64,000 nt of DNA from Candidatus Nomurabacteria bacterium. Lineage in GTDB: Bacteria > Patescibacteriota > Minisyncoccia > Phycocordibacterales > UBA918. The notes under the pieces were generated by a model that had not been told where the DNA came from, ran no database searches, and saw only the letters and a list, made by a program, of their open reading frames with translations. The stretch's first letter is position 1, and every line of letters starts with the position of its first letter. This document shows positions 29,208 to 38,729 of this stretch, piece after piece. Location of the stretch: positions 594,149 through 658,148 of the forward strand of contig CP060229.1 of assembly GCA_023898585.1 (NCBI GenBank). The letters are read 5' to 3'. The translations under genes and the position numbers were made by a program.

Positions 29208-29400
29208 GTATTTATAAAATTAAATAGCCCGCGCAAATACAAGAGTCTTCTTGTATTTGCGCGGGCGATCTACGCCGCGGTTCCACCGCGCTTCCAGGCG
29301 AGCCTGGCACTTATTAACATTACAGATTAGAGAAATAAGTTCTGGACAAACATAGTCCCGGTGGTTGGTAGCCATCGCAATCTCTGTAAATACAATCCTA
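29208..29400 (-). promoter_or_regulatory. T-box riboswitch leader (Thr-specific by context) with terminator/antiterminator, upstream of thrS
   Basis: Minus strand reads GCGCGGTGGAACCGCGG, matching the T-box consensus GGGUGGNACCGCG with bulge UGGA. It is followed by a perfect 18-bp terminator GCCCGCGCAAATACAAGA-agac-TCTTGTATTTGCGCGGGC and TATTTAATTTT (plus coords 29227-29266). A Stem-I-like AGAGAUUGCGAUGG...ACCAACCACC lies upstream. Confidence 0.7.
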
Positions 29401-29467
29401 ACGCGACTGAGGATATTGTCAATAAAAAAACCGCGCTCGTGGCGCGGTTCTGAGATAAAAGAGCACT

Positions 29468-29920
29468 TTATTCTATCGTTTGATACCCATGTGCGGATAA
29501 AGCATTATTGAGAGCCACTATGCACTTTGGTCCAAAGTTAGGAATTTTTTTAATGAGGTCAAGAGTAGCTACTTCAAGAAACTCAGTAACTGTGCACGAA
29601 TGAAAATCTAACTTTTCTAGCGGCGTAGGTCTCTCTCCTTCTTTTAAATACCTACCTTCGTTAAGTGTTGCAATAAAATTGTGTATGATTAACGTACAGA
29701 CGTTTTTTGAAGCTCCTACTTCGGCAAGGTTCTTTTTCGAAAGCAACTCTACGAGCATCAACGGCTCGGCCTCCTCTATCTCTACCACCTTTGCCTCAGG
29801 TTGGATGATTAATTTCTTTTTGTCAGTGAACGTCAATGAAATTTCAATTTGTGAAATATTTTCGGGTTGCTTGGCTGTCCAATCTTGGACAAGTTTTTGA
29901 AGACCAGTTATATCCATCAA
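29468..29920 (-). CDS. Small protein with C-terminal helix-hairpin-helix resembling the RNA polymerase alpha C-terminal domain
   Basis: C-terminal LDFHSCTVTEFLEVATLDLIKKIPNFGPKCIVALNNALSAHG parallels the alphaCTD pattern (L.LSVRS.N.L......I.DL.....L..I.N.GKKSL.EI...L). Its terminator is at about 29423-29450. Confidence 0.45.
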   Translation of the reverse strand: MMDITGLQKLVQDWTAKQPENISQIEISLTFTDKKKLIIQPEAKVVEIEEAEPLMLVELLSKKNLAEVGASKNVCTLIIHNFIATLNEGRYLKEGERPTPLEKLDFHSCTVTEFLEVATLDLIKKIPNFGPKCIVALNNALSAHGYQTIE

Positions 29921-29973
29921 GAATCCTCCGGTTAAACAAACTGGTACAGTTAAATACTATTATAAGTAATGTG

Positions 29974-32900
29974 TCAAGAATCTATTGAAACCGGCTCACC
30001 AACCAACCTATCATCTCCCAATCTTTTCACCTTATCGATCAGGATACTCGGTTCATCATTGCGAAGGTTGAATTTACCTTTTACTGCAACGCAATTGCCG
30101 GGTACAAGCAGTTCGTGATTTTCTCTGTAAGTTTCGGGAAAAGCGACTGTTTCAATACTGTCTTTTTGATCTGCCAATTTTATAAAGGCCATCTTGTCGC
30201 CCTTCTTGGTGAGAAGTTCTTTCACCGACTCAATCAAACCGGTTGTGACCACTGTCGTTCCTTGATAACTGTTTTTGATTTTTTCGATGCTAGGACGCTT
30301 GGCGACCTCATCGGCAACCGCATTGAGCGGGTGACCGGAAACATAAACACCCAGCAATTCTTTTTCCCAAAGCAATTTCTGAGCCAGGGGAATATCTTTA
30401 GTCGGTTTCAGAGTGAGGTCATTGACGGCGTGATCTAGTCCACCAAAGAGAGAATCTTGATTGGCTTCCTTACCAACCACTTGTTCCCGATTGTAACTGA
30501 GTAGATTTTCAATATTGGTAAAAAATGTTCCTCGTTCGCCGAAGCTATCGAAGGCTCCCGTGGTGATCAGCGCTTCCATTGATTTTTTGTTCAGATTACG
30601 GTCGTGGATACGAGTGAGAAAATCTTGCATCGAAGTAAAAGCCCCATTGGTTTTTCTTTCTTCTATAATTACTTCCGCAATACCCGCCCCGAAGTTTTTT
30701 ATGGTAGTGAGACCGAAGCGGATGGTGTTTTTGTTTGGTACGACCGAAAAATCCGCGAATGATTCATTGATGTCCGGCGGAAGCACGGTGATTCCCATCC
30801 TTTCACACTCGTGGATGGAATCGGAGACTTTTTCGGTATCACCCGAATCGGCTGTGAGTACGGCAGACATGTATTCGACGGGGAAATTTGCCTTCATATA
30901 TGCTGTCTGGTAAGCGACACGTCCGTAGCTTGCAGCGTGGGCCTTATTGAAGCCGTAAGCGGCGAAAGGTTCAATCAATTTCCAAAGTTGCTCGGCTTTG
31001 GTCTCGGTGAGTCCGTGTTCAACAAAACCCTTAAACAACTTGTCTTTCTCGGCTGCCATCACTTCGGGAATCTTTTTTCCCATAGCCTTGCGCAGTTTGT
31101 CTGCTTCAAGCCATGAGTAGCCGGCCAGCTTTATGGAAATCATCATCACGTCATCCTGATAGGTGATAACCCCGTACGAACGTTCAATTACTTCTTCCAG
31201 TCTCGGATCAAGATAGGTAACCAATGAAGGATTGTGTTTGCGTTCGATATACTGAGGAATCATTTCCATCGGGCCTGGGCGATACAGCGCCACCATCGCA
31301 TTAATATCGTGGATGGTGGTCGGTTTTAGTTGCTTTAAGAAAGCTGTCATCCCGGTGCCGTTGAGCTGGAAAAGACCCATGGTTTCTCCTTTGGAGAGCA
31401 TTTCAAAGGTCTTAGGATCGTCAAGCGGTACATCTTCTATATCGATGGTTATTTTGTGTATCTTTTTTACACGCCTGACGGCGTCGGCCAAAATGGCCAA
31501 GTTTTTAATACCGAGAAAATCAAATTTCAGAAGACCGACTCCGTCTTCGCCCACACTGTGCATTTCGTACTGCGTAATCGACTTGCCAGTTTTGGAATCG
31601 ATTTGAATCGGTACATATTGATTGAGTGGTTTTGGGGCTATAACGACTCCGGCCGCATGTACACCAAGGTGTCTGACACGCCCCTCGATTTTTTTGGCCA
31701 AGTCGATGACCTCGCGCGACTCAGCGTCTTTTTGGTAGAGTTCTGCCAGGTCGGGCTCTATCTCCATCGCTCGGTCTATCGTCATAGGAAATCCCTGCGC
31801 TCCGAGAGGGATCATTTTAGCAATCCTGTCGCCGGTTGAATACGAATGTCCAAGAGCACGAGCGACATCCCGGACGGCAGCCTTAGCCATCATTGTTCCA
31901 AAGGTTCCAATCTGGGCTACTTTGTCAGAACCGTATTTTTCTTTGGCGTATTCTATGATTTCATCACGGCGATTATCGGCAAAGTCCATGTCTATATCGG
32001 GAGCCGATGGTCTTTCCGGATTAAGAAATCGCTCAAAAGGGAGGCGATATTCAAGCGGGTCGACGTTAGTAATCCCGAGCACATAAGTCGCGTAACTTCC
32101 GGCTACCGAACCCCTGATAGTGGTGTAGATTCCACGCTCGCGAGCCTCGCGCAATAAATCTCCAACAGCGAGGAAGTATGTGGAATAGCCCTTATTCTTG
32201 ATGACTTCTAGTTCATAATCAAGTCTTTTCTTGATGGTCGGATTATTTATATCGTGTTTTCTCCAAGCGACACCCTTGTAGGCCATGTCTTTAAGCTCAT
32301 CATCCGGAGTTTTACCGCTCTCAATTATGTAGTTCGGGAACTGCCAGGCTTCTTGTCCGAGCGTGATTTCGACATTGCACTCATTGGCTATTTTGACAGT
32401 GTTTTCAATCGCTTCCGGAACATCAACAAACCATTCCTTCATTTCGGCTTGGGTTTTGAAAGAAAAGTCTTCCGATATGTCGTGGTCGGCGGTGGTGTCT
32501 ACGACACCACCGTTTTGAATCTTAATCATCGTTTCTCTAGTCAGCCTGTCTTCCGGTTTCATGTAATAAACGTCATGGACAGCAACCAGGGGAGTCTTGG
32601 TCTTTTGGGCGAGTTTTTTTATTTTGGCTTGGTTTTCTTGGTGGCTGAATATTTCCGGGTGGTTGGATATTTCGAGATAGCAATCGTCGCCGAAAAGACT
32701 CTTATACCAATCCAATCGCTCGGACGCTTTTTCCGGATTGTTGTCTTTTAGAGCTTGTGCCACTTCGCCGGCAAAGGAGGGAATGATACAGACGAGATCT
32801 TGTTTCAGGTTTTCAATAAGTTGATCATCGATGCGTGGGCGGTAGTAAAAACCGTCGACATTGGAGCGAGTTACCATCTCGATGAGGTTTTGGTAACCCT

Positions 32901-33222
32901 TAAAAGTTTTGGCCAAGAGGACGAGTCGTGAATGTGGCCGATCAACCATTTCTTTATCGAAGCGGGTTCGGGGGGCGAGGAAAGCATCCAGTCCAATAAT
33001 GGGCTTAATACTTTCTTGCTGGCAAGCGTTGTAGAAATCGATGGCGCCATAGAGAGCACCGGCATCGGTGAGAGCTAGAGCGTCTTGTCCGTCGGCCTTA
33101 GCGCCGGCAACCAGTTCCTTCGGAGTAGGTACGGCGTTTAACAGAGAATACATTGAATGGACATGCAGGTGGATGAAATCGGCAGTCAGTTTCGAGTGAG
33201 GCATGATGTCAGTAGTATACAT
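29974..33222 (-). CDS. dnaE: DNA polymerase III alpha subunit (1082 aa)
   Basis: PHP domain start IHLHVHSMYSLLN, the polymerase core and a C-terminal OB region. Confidence 0.9.
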   Translation of the reverse strand: MYTTDIMPHSKLTADFIHLHVHSMYSLLNAVPTPKELVAGAKADGQDALALTDAGALYGAIDFYNACQQESIKPIIGLDAFLAPRTRFDKEMVDRPHSRLVLLAKTFKGYQNLIEMVTRSNVDGFYYRPRIDDQLIENLKQDLVCIIPSFAGEVAQALKDNNPEKASERLDWYKSLFGDDCYLEISNHPEIFSHQENQAKIKKLAQKTKTPLVAVHDVYYMKPEDRLTRETMIKIQNGGVVDTTADHDISEDFSFKTQAEMKEWFVDVPEAIENTVKIANECNVEITLGQEAWQFPNYIIESGKTPDDELKDMAYKGVAWRKHDINNPTIKKRLDYELEVIKNKGYSTYFLAVGDLLREARERGIYTTIRGSVAGSYATYVLGITNVDPLEYRLPFERFLNPERPSAPDIDMDFADNRRDEIIEYAKEKYGSDKVAQIGTFGTMMAKAAVRDVARALGHSYSTGDRIAKMIPLGAQGFPMTIDRAMEIEPDLAELYQKDAESREVIDLAKKIEGRVRHLGVHAAGVVIAPKPLNQYVPIQIDSKTGKSITQYEMHSVGEDGVGLLKFDFLGIKNLAILADAVRRVKKIHKITIDIEDVPLDDPKTFEMLSKGETMGLFQLNGTGMTAFLKQLKPTTIHDINAMVALYRPGPMEMIPQYIERKHNPSLVTYLDPRLEEVIERSYGVITYQDDVMMISIKLAGYSWLEADKLRKAMGKKIPEVMAAEKDKLFKGFVEHGLTETKAEQLWKLIEPFAAYGFNKAHAASYGRVAYQTAYMKANFPVEYMSAVLTADSGDTEKVSDSIHECERMGITVLPPDINESFADFSVVPNKNTIRFGLTTIKNFGAGIAEVIIEERKTNGAFTSMQDFLTRIHDRNLNKKSMEALITTGAFDSFGERGTFFTNIENLLSYNREQVVGKEANQDSLFGGLDHAVNDLTLKPTKDIPLAQKLLWEKELLGVYVSGHPLNAVADEVAKRPSIEKIKNSYQGTTVVTTGLIESVKELLTKKGDKMAFIKLADQKDSIETVAFPETYRENHELLVPGNCVAVKGKFNLRNDEPSILIDKVKRLGDDRLVGEPVSIDS

Positions 33223-33326
33223 CGCTTGGCGGGGGACAGGAAATCGTAAAAATGGGCTTATTATGGTTCTCGTTTATAAAAAAACGCACCGAATTGCTAC
33301 TCGGTGCGCTTCTAGGACACTGGTCC

Positions 33327-33791
33327 CTACTGAGTTACGTTAAGTGGAGCAGATGCGGAAAAACATTCTTTGGCAAACCTTCCCCACCTTACTTTGGTTG
33401 GTTTCGGATTGAAACCTGCGATTGAGTCGTCGATCGCAAAGGTGAAATTTACGGTGATATTCCACAGGTGACTTTTATCAGAGAGTCCGGTGTAACCCAC
33501 CAATATGTCTATTTCTTGATCGTTCACCGAGAATGTGCTGATTGTCGGTTTTTCTTTTCGACTGACTTTCTTAGCATTCCTTTCTGGAACAAAACTCTTT
33601 TTAATTGTATCAACGGCGTATAATCGAATTTTTTCAGCGATTTCTAATGACGGAACCTCTTTTTGGTTGATTGCAACGGCGTCTTTGTATTTGTCATACG
33701 TGATTTGGTGTGTGATTAGTGCCGTAAGTGGTATTGCCACGAACAGAGTTAATAATACCGTTTTCAAGTGACTCACAGGCTTGTCTCCCAA
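33327..33791 (-). CDS. Hypothetical membrane-anchored protein (154 aa)
   Basis: N-terminal TM helix. No recognisable domain. Confidence 0.4.
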   Translation of the reverse strand: MGDKPVSHLKTVLLTLFVAIPLTALITHQITYDKYKDAVAINQKEVPSLEIAEKIRLYAVDTIKKSFVPERNAKKVSRKEKPTISTFSVNDQEIDILVGYTGLSDKSHLWNITVNFTFAIDDSIAGFNPKPTKVRWGRFAKECFSASAPLNVTQ

Positions 33792-33863
33792 CTTGAATTA
33801 AGAATACAAAATTTTGACCTGCGACATTATGTATAAAAAATAAAATAAGTCAAATTTGTTATA

Positions 33864-34457
33864 ATGTGCGGAATGGAAACGAAATGGTTGATTGGTATTG
33901 ATGAGGCCGGACGAGGACCGCTTGCCGGCCCGGTCTCGGTTGGAGTAGTGGCTGTGCCTTTGAATTTTGATTGGAGTTTAATTGAAGGAGTGGGGGATAG
34001 TAAGGCGATTGTGCCGGAAAAGCGCGAAGCGCTTTTCCGGCGAGCGCAAGACCTCCGGCACCATCGGCAATTAAACTTTGCATCATCAATGGTCGGACCG
34101 TCAGTAATTGATGAAAAGGGAATAGTTTACGCCATCAACTTAGCTATGGGGCGCTGTCTAAAAAGATTAAATTTAAACGAGGACGGTTGTTTTATTAAGT
34201 TGGACGGCGCGCTTCGCGCGCCGTCCCAATTCCCCCAAGAAACCATCATCAAAGGCGACAGTAAGGAGAAAGTCATCGGCCTGGCTTCAATTGTAGCTAA
34301 GGTTACGAGAGACCGATACATGGAGCGGATCGCGAGACGCTACTTTCAATATGGTTTTGAGAAGCATAAAGGGTACGGCACACGGTCCCACCGATTGGCT
34401 ATTTTGAAATATGGTAAATGCCCAATTCACCGCGTTAGCTATTGTAAAAATATATAA
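33864..34457 (+). CDS. rnhB: Ribonuclease HII
   Basis: LIGIDEAGRGPLAGPV (DEAGRG catalytic motif) and downstream conserved blocks. Confidence 0.9.
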   Translation: MCGMETKWLIGIDEAGRGPLAGPVSVGVVAVPLNFDWSLIEGVGDSKAIVPEKREALFRRAQDLRHHRQLNFASSMVGPSVIDEKGIVYAINLAMGRCLKRLNLNEDGCFIKLDGALRAPSQFPQETIIKGDSKEKVIGLASIVAKVTRDRYMERIARRYFQYGFEKHKGYGTRSHRLAILKYGKCPIHRVSYCKNI

Positions 34458-34521
34458 ATGTTGTACAGTTTTGAATGGATTTGGGTATTAATTTACTTGG
34501 TTGTGTACTTTGGGGAAACAA

Positions 34522-34758
34522 ATGAATAGAAATGATCGCAGAGAAAGTGACAAAAGGAAGTCAGATTTATCTACTCCTGAACACATTGGTGCGTGTTCGG
34601 ATTGTGGTTGGCACAATGCTCAGGGTTCGTGGATAGTTGAAAACGGACGAGTTGTCGCAATCAGCTGTTTTAATGAAAAAGGTGTGGTGCCACCGCGGCT
34701 CGACATATCAGATCCAAAACAATGTGAGTGGTACAGATCGGGAATTTCGGTTGACTGA
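34522..34758 (+). CDS. Small Cys-containing hypothetical protein (78 aa)
   Basis: ATG 6 nt after GGGGA. CSDCGW...SCF...QCEW. Confidence 0.35.
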   Translation: MNRNDRRESDKRKSDLSTPEHIGACSDCGWHNAQGSWIVENGRVVAISCFNEKGVVPPRLDISDPKQCEWYRSGISVD

Positions 34759-34833
34759 AAACCCTGTTTGTTGTATCAATATAAGGTGCAATTGGGCACA
34801 AACAATTTTGACGAAACAAAAAATGGGGAAATA

Positions 34834-35061
34834 ATTGTGGAGACAACACAAATAGTAACAGAAAGCATCTGTTCTAGTTGCAATTCTAACTATCCTTCTC
34901 GGCTTTGTCAGGGTTCGCCTTCTTGTAACTGGGAACCTATACCTGGAGTAAACAATCCCAGAGATTGCGAGCGAACCCATGCGAACGATTGGACAGCTCG
35001 CGTGAGGAACAATGGGTATAGTAGCAAGAAAAACCCGAGCACTGTTCCTGGGCTGGGATAA
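34834..35061 (+). CDS. Small Cys-rich hypothetical protein (about 75 aa, GTG start)
   Basis: GTG 7 nt after GGGGA. CSSCNS...CQGSPSCNW...DCE. Followed by a terminator (AACCGG..CCGGTT plus T-run, about 35095-35135). Confidence 0.3.
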   Translation: MVETTQIVTESICSSCNSNYPSRLCQGSPSCNWEPIPGVNNPRDCERTHANDWTARVRNNGYSSKKNPSTVPGLG

Positions 35062-35203
35062 TATAACATTCGACCCTGCCTTCGGCAGTAGGATCAAAAC
35101 CGGTAAGCGTAAGCGAGCCGGTTCTTTTATACTTTTTTTCAAATAGAAACAATCCACGCAAAACCATTGCATTTGTTGATTTTTTTGCTATAGTTTCGCC
35201 ACT

Positions 35204-35533
35204 ATGGTAATTCGAATGCGTCACACGCGGGCACATACCGCGAACCGCCGTTCCCATCATGCGCTTAAAACGCCCACTTTAGCTATTTGTAGTAATTGTG
35301 GAGCAAAGCATCGTCCGCACCACATGTGTTTAGAATGTGGCTTTTACAATGGACGAATGGTGGTTGATATGGAGGCCAAGAAGAAAGCACGGGAGGAGCG
35401 TTTGCAGGCCAAGCGCGAAGCAATAAGAGGAGAAGAGCCTGAGTCTGCAGAGTCAGGAGAACCGGCTACTGCCGAAGTCAAGGAACTGAAAGGGGGAAAG
35501 AAAGAAGAAGCAAGAGACGAGAAGAAAAAATAA
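35204..35533 (+). CDS. rpmF: Ribosomal protein bL32 with K/E-rich C-terminal extension
   Basis: [17 protein letters not shown] and a C-x2-C...C-x2-C zinc ribbon ([20 protein letters not shown]). Confidence 0.8.
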   Translation: MVIRMRHTRAHTANRRSHHALKTPTLAICSNCGAKHRPHHMCLECGFYNGRMVVDMEAKKKAREERLQAKREAIRGEEPESAESGEPATAEVKELKGGKKEEARDEKKK

Positions 35534-35618
35534 ATTTAAATCCCCACCTGGGGATTTAAGTTTGTTTGGTTATTTTTCAGTGCTACACTTATGTTAGTAA
35601 AAGTTTAGTACATTTAAT

Positions 35619-36521
35619 ATGGCAAACCGACATTTATCGCGCAGTATTGTTCTTCAGTCACTCTTTGAGTGGGATTTAAACGCGTTAGAAAAAAAGGCGG
35701 TACTGGAAGTTTTAAATAGAAACGTCACGGAGTTCGCTCCCAACAAGACCGACATGCCATTTATGGAAAAACTACTCGATGGAGTGATGGCCAAACAACC
35801 CGAGCTCGATCTGGTGATAGAAAAAGCGGCCCCGGAGTGGCCCATCGACCGCATTTCTCCTGTCGATCGAAATATTCTTCGTCTCGGTCTATATGAGTTG
35901 CTTTTTGCAGACCGAGCGGAGGTCCCGGCCAAAGTCGCTATCAATGAAGCGATCGAACTTGCCAAGCAATTCGGCGGTGACAATAGCAGTCGTTTTGTTA
36001 ACGGCGTCCTCGGCGCTGTCTACAAAGAAATCGGCGAGCCTGGAAAGAACGAACAAAGCAAAAACCGCAAAAAAGACGTTCCCTTTGAAGAAATGCCGAT
36101 TGAGCGCCTGTCTGGAGCGGTTGTCTACGCGGTGCATGAAGGGCAAATTTACCTCGCCTTAGTACATGACATTTTCGGCCATTGGACTCTCTCTAAGAGC
36201 AAAGTGAAAGAAGAAGAATCATTTGAGGATGGCGCGACAAGAGCTTTATTGGAAGAAATCGGCTTGCCGGTCAAGATTGAAGATAGTCTCGGAAACAACG
36301 AATATGTAGCCTCTCAGCCGGAAAAAGGCAAGGTTCGGAAACAAGTTCAGTATTTCCTTGCGCAAGCACCATACCAAGATGTCGAATTGCTCAAGAAAGG
36401 CGGTCTCGACGACGCCAAGTGGTTTAAAGTGGCTGAAATTCTCGACCTTAATTTTTACGAAGATATCTTACCGATCGTGACTAAGGCCGTTACCGTGCTG
36501 GTTGGCAGGGGCTCAAAATAG
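35619..36521 (+). CDS. nusB: NusB-like antitermination domain fused to a C-terminal Nudix-hydrolase-like domain
   Basis: N-terminal 140 aa: RHLSRSIVLQSLFEWDL...RNILRLGLYELLF (NusB fold). C-terminal 150 aa: AVVYAVHEGQIYLALV...EEESFEDGATRALLEEIGL (Nudix box variant E-x7-RALLEEIGL) and DDAKWFKVAEIL. Confidence 0.7.
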   Translation: MANRHLSRSIVLQSLFEWDLNALEKKAVLEVLNRNVTEFAPNKTDMPFMEKLLDGVMAKQPELDLVIEKAAPEWPIDRISPVDRNILRLGLYELLFADRAEVPAKVAINEAIELAKQFGGDNSSRFVNGVLGAVYKEIGEPGKNEQSKNRKKDVPFEEMPIERLSGAVVYAVHEGQIYLALVHDIFGHWTLSKSKVKEEESFEDGATRALLEEIGLPVKIEDSLGNNEYVASQPEKGKVRKQVQYFLAQAPYQDVELLKKGGLDDAKWFKVAEILDLNFYEDILPIVTKAVTVLVGRGSK

Positions 36522-36569
36522 TGCTACTCTCTCATAATTAAATAAGCCAGTTAAATAACCAAGGAACCG

Positions 36570-37289
36570 TTGTCTATGGAAGAACGAAATATTCAAACAG
36601 ATTTACTAAAACTGCAAAATTTACTCAATGTACAGTTTAAAGACACTACTGTCCTGCTTTCGGCTATTACGCACCGTTCGTATTTAAACGAACACCGGGA
36701 AGCAACCTGGGACCATAATGAACGCCTGGAGTTTTTGGGAGACGCGGTTTTGGAGTTGGTGGTGACCGATTATCTCTTTGCCAAGTACCCCGAAAAACCG
36801 GAGGGTGAACTGACTGCTGTAAGGGCGGCGCTGGTTAATACTGTGTCGCTGTCTGCCACCTCCGAGCAGATGGGAATCAATGAATACTTGCTCATGTCAA
36901 AGGGTGAAGCGAGAGATGTCGGGCGCGCGCGTCAGTATATTTTAGCCAATGCCTTTGAGGCTTGTATCGGGGCCATCTACAAAGATCAGGGTTATAGGGA
37001 AGCTAAGGAATTCATCGCCGGTCGTCTGTTTGAAAAAACCGATGAGATTGTCCGCAAGCGCTTATGGCAAGACGCCAAGAGCCGTTTTCAAGAACTGGCC
37101 CAAGAGCATGTCTCAGTTACTCCGACTTACGAGACCATTTCCCAAGACGGTCCCGATCATGACCGAGTATTTACCGTCGGTGTTTATTTAAAGAAAGTTT
37201 TAGTAGCCGAAGGAACAGGCTGTTCCAAGCAAGAGGCCGAACAAAAGGCCGCCGAGCAGGCCATTGTGGCGAAGGGTTGGGATGTTTAG
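36570..37289 (+). CDS. rnc: Ribonuclease III
   Basis: RNase III signature ERLEFLGDAVLELVV and C-terminal dsRBD. Confidence 0.9.
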   Translation: MSMEERNIQTDLLKLQNLLNVQFKDTTVLLSAITHRSYLNEHREATWDHNERLEFLGDAVLELVVTDYLFAKYPEKPEGELTAVRAALVNTVSLSATSEQMGINEYLLMSKGEARDVGRARQYILANAFEACIGAIYKDQGYREAKEFIAGRLFEKTDEIVRKRLWQDAKSRFQELAQEHVSVTPTYETISQDGPDHDRVFTVGVYLKKVLVAEGTGCSKQEAEQKAAEQAIVAKGWDV

Positions 37290-37346
37290 AAACAGTTCGT
37301 ATATTCTACGAAGCATGTTTAAATCTACTCTGGTCTGAAAAACCAA

Positions 37347-37374
37347 ATTGCGGGCTTAAAGGGCGTGGTATAAT
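37347..37374 (+). promoter_or_regulatory. Promoter with extended -10 (TGGTATAAT) upstream of the pilin array
   Basis: ATTGCG/TTGCGG -35 candidates 15-16 nt upstream of TATAAT, preceded by TGg. Confidence 0.45.
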
Positions 37375-37380
37375 TTTGAC

Positions 37381-38073
37381 ATGAGAAAAATGTCTGTCGG
37401 AATGAGTCTGGTTGAGTTGTTGGTGGTCATGACCATAATCGCCATTTTGACCGCCGCCTTTGCCACCAGCTTTACCAAGGAATCTCAACAAAAGAGGGAT
37501 ATTCAAAGACAGTCTGATCTGCGGAATCTTCAAGTGGCGATTGAGCTTTATAAAAATAAGAATGGTCGGTATCCGGAGGGGTGTAACACGCCTGGTAATT
37601 GGTCTGGAGAGTTAGGGTCGAGTTATAAATGTGGTAATAATACCTCACAATACATAAAAAATTTAGCTCCTGAGTTTATTCCGGTTCTACCCACTGATCC
37701 TAAGCTAAACTGCCCATCGAGCGGATCTTGTAACAAGGGGTATGTTTATACGGTAAACGCCGACGGCAGTGTGTATAAATTAATGGCCAAGAATACAGTT
37801 GAGGCTGAGCCTGACAGTGATAATTTGAACGGCAAAGGTGTCGACTGGGACCATCCTTTCAAAAGTTGTGAAATTAGTGATGATAGCCAGTCATATTGTA
37901 CAGGCTCTCTGTCTGGAAACACGCCTCCTCATTGTCAAGAGAGTAACGATCAATTTAAAACCAGTTACGGTGTATGGGGAGGTTACGCTATACCAGATGT
38001 AGTTCCTGGTCATCCTCAATATGAAAACAAAATTAAAACAGGAACCAGGGCTATTATTTGCAACATCCCATAA
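37381..38073 (+). CDS. Type IV pilin / pseudopilin-like protein (class A of this array)
   Basis: Prepilin signal VGMSLVELLVVMTIIAIL (G at -1, E at +5), then LRNLQVAIELYKNKNGRYPEG. Confidence 0.75.
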   Translation: MRKMSVGMSLVELLVVMTIIAILTAAFATSFTKESQQKRDIQRQSDLRNLQVAIELYKNKNGRYPEGCNTPGNWSGELGSSYKCGNNTSQYIKNLAPEFIPVLPTDPKLNCPSSGSCNKGYVYTVNADGSVYKLMAKNTVEAEPDSDNLNGKGVDWDHPFKSCEISDDSQSYCTGSLSGNTPPHCQESNDQFKTSYGVWGGYAIPDVVPGHPQYENKIKTGTRAIICNIP

Positions 38074-38119
38074 ATATAACCCCTCAATCAAACCTTACAA
38101 CCACTGCATTTACCACAAC

Positions 38120-38704
38120 ATGAATTTTTACAAAAACAAAACAAACACCACCGGCTTCTCACTGATTGAAGTTATGATCGTGACCTCGATCATCGGTATT
38201 TTGGCGACATACGGGACATTCTCCTATAACGAAACCAAGAAGCAGGCACGCGATGTTAGGCGTATGGAAGACCTGACCACCATCGCCAAGGCATTTGTGT
38301 TGGCAGAAGAGGACAGGGGTCGGGCGTTTGATTGTGATTCGGGGGTGAGGATTGAGCCGGGTTTTATGTCTGCGGACAACAACACCGTAGTTGATTGTAG
38401 TGATAAAGACGAGATACAATCCGCTTTGGCAAAGTATTTGGGCAAAATACCGAGTGACCCTAAAGGCCCGGGCGATGCGAGGTATTTTTATTACTACAGC
38501 AATCATGATTGTCTCGCTCCGCAAAGCAAAGGATATCTAGTCCATGGCGCTATGGAAAATGACAGCAATTCCAACCGCGACCAGGTGTGTGGCAAAAAAG
38601 TCAATGGAACTGATGCGGGGTTGAATAATGAAGGTTACTACAATTACAACACTGGTCTAGGAGTCGCTAACCATCCCTTCGTCGTTCGGGTCGGAGATCT
38701 GTAG
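38120..38704 (+). CDS. Type IV pilin-like protein (class B)
   Basis: TGFSLIEVMIV prepilin motif. KQARDVRRMEDL...NHPFVVRVGDL. In-frame ATG chosen at the signal peptide. Confidence 0.75.
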   Translation: MNFYKNKTNTTGFSLIEVMIVTSIIGILATYGTFSYNETKKQARDVRRMEDLTTIAKAFVLAEEDRGRAFDCDSGVRIEPGFMSADNNTVVDCSDKDEIQSALAKYLGKIPSDPKGPGDARYFYYYSNHDCLAPQSKGYLVHGAMENDSNSNRDQVCGKKVNGTDAGLNNEGYYNYNTGLGVANHPFVVRVGDL

Positions 38705-38729
38705 TATTCCTCTTTAAATAAAAGTCAGT

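Noticed and set aside
34708-35172. 154-aa ORF on the minus strand
   Set aside because: It overlaps two plus-strand small ORFs and a terminator, has a low-complexity composition and no RBS. Likely spurious.
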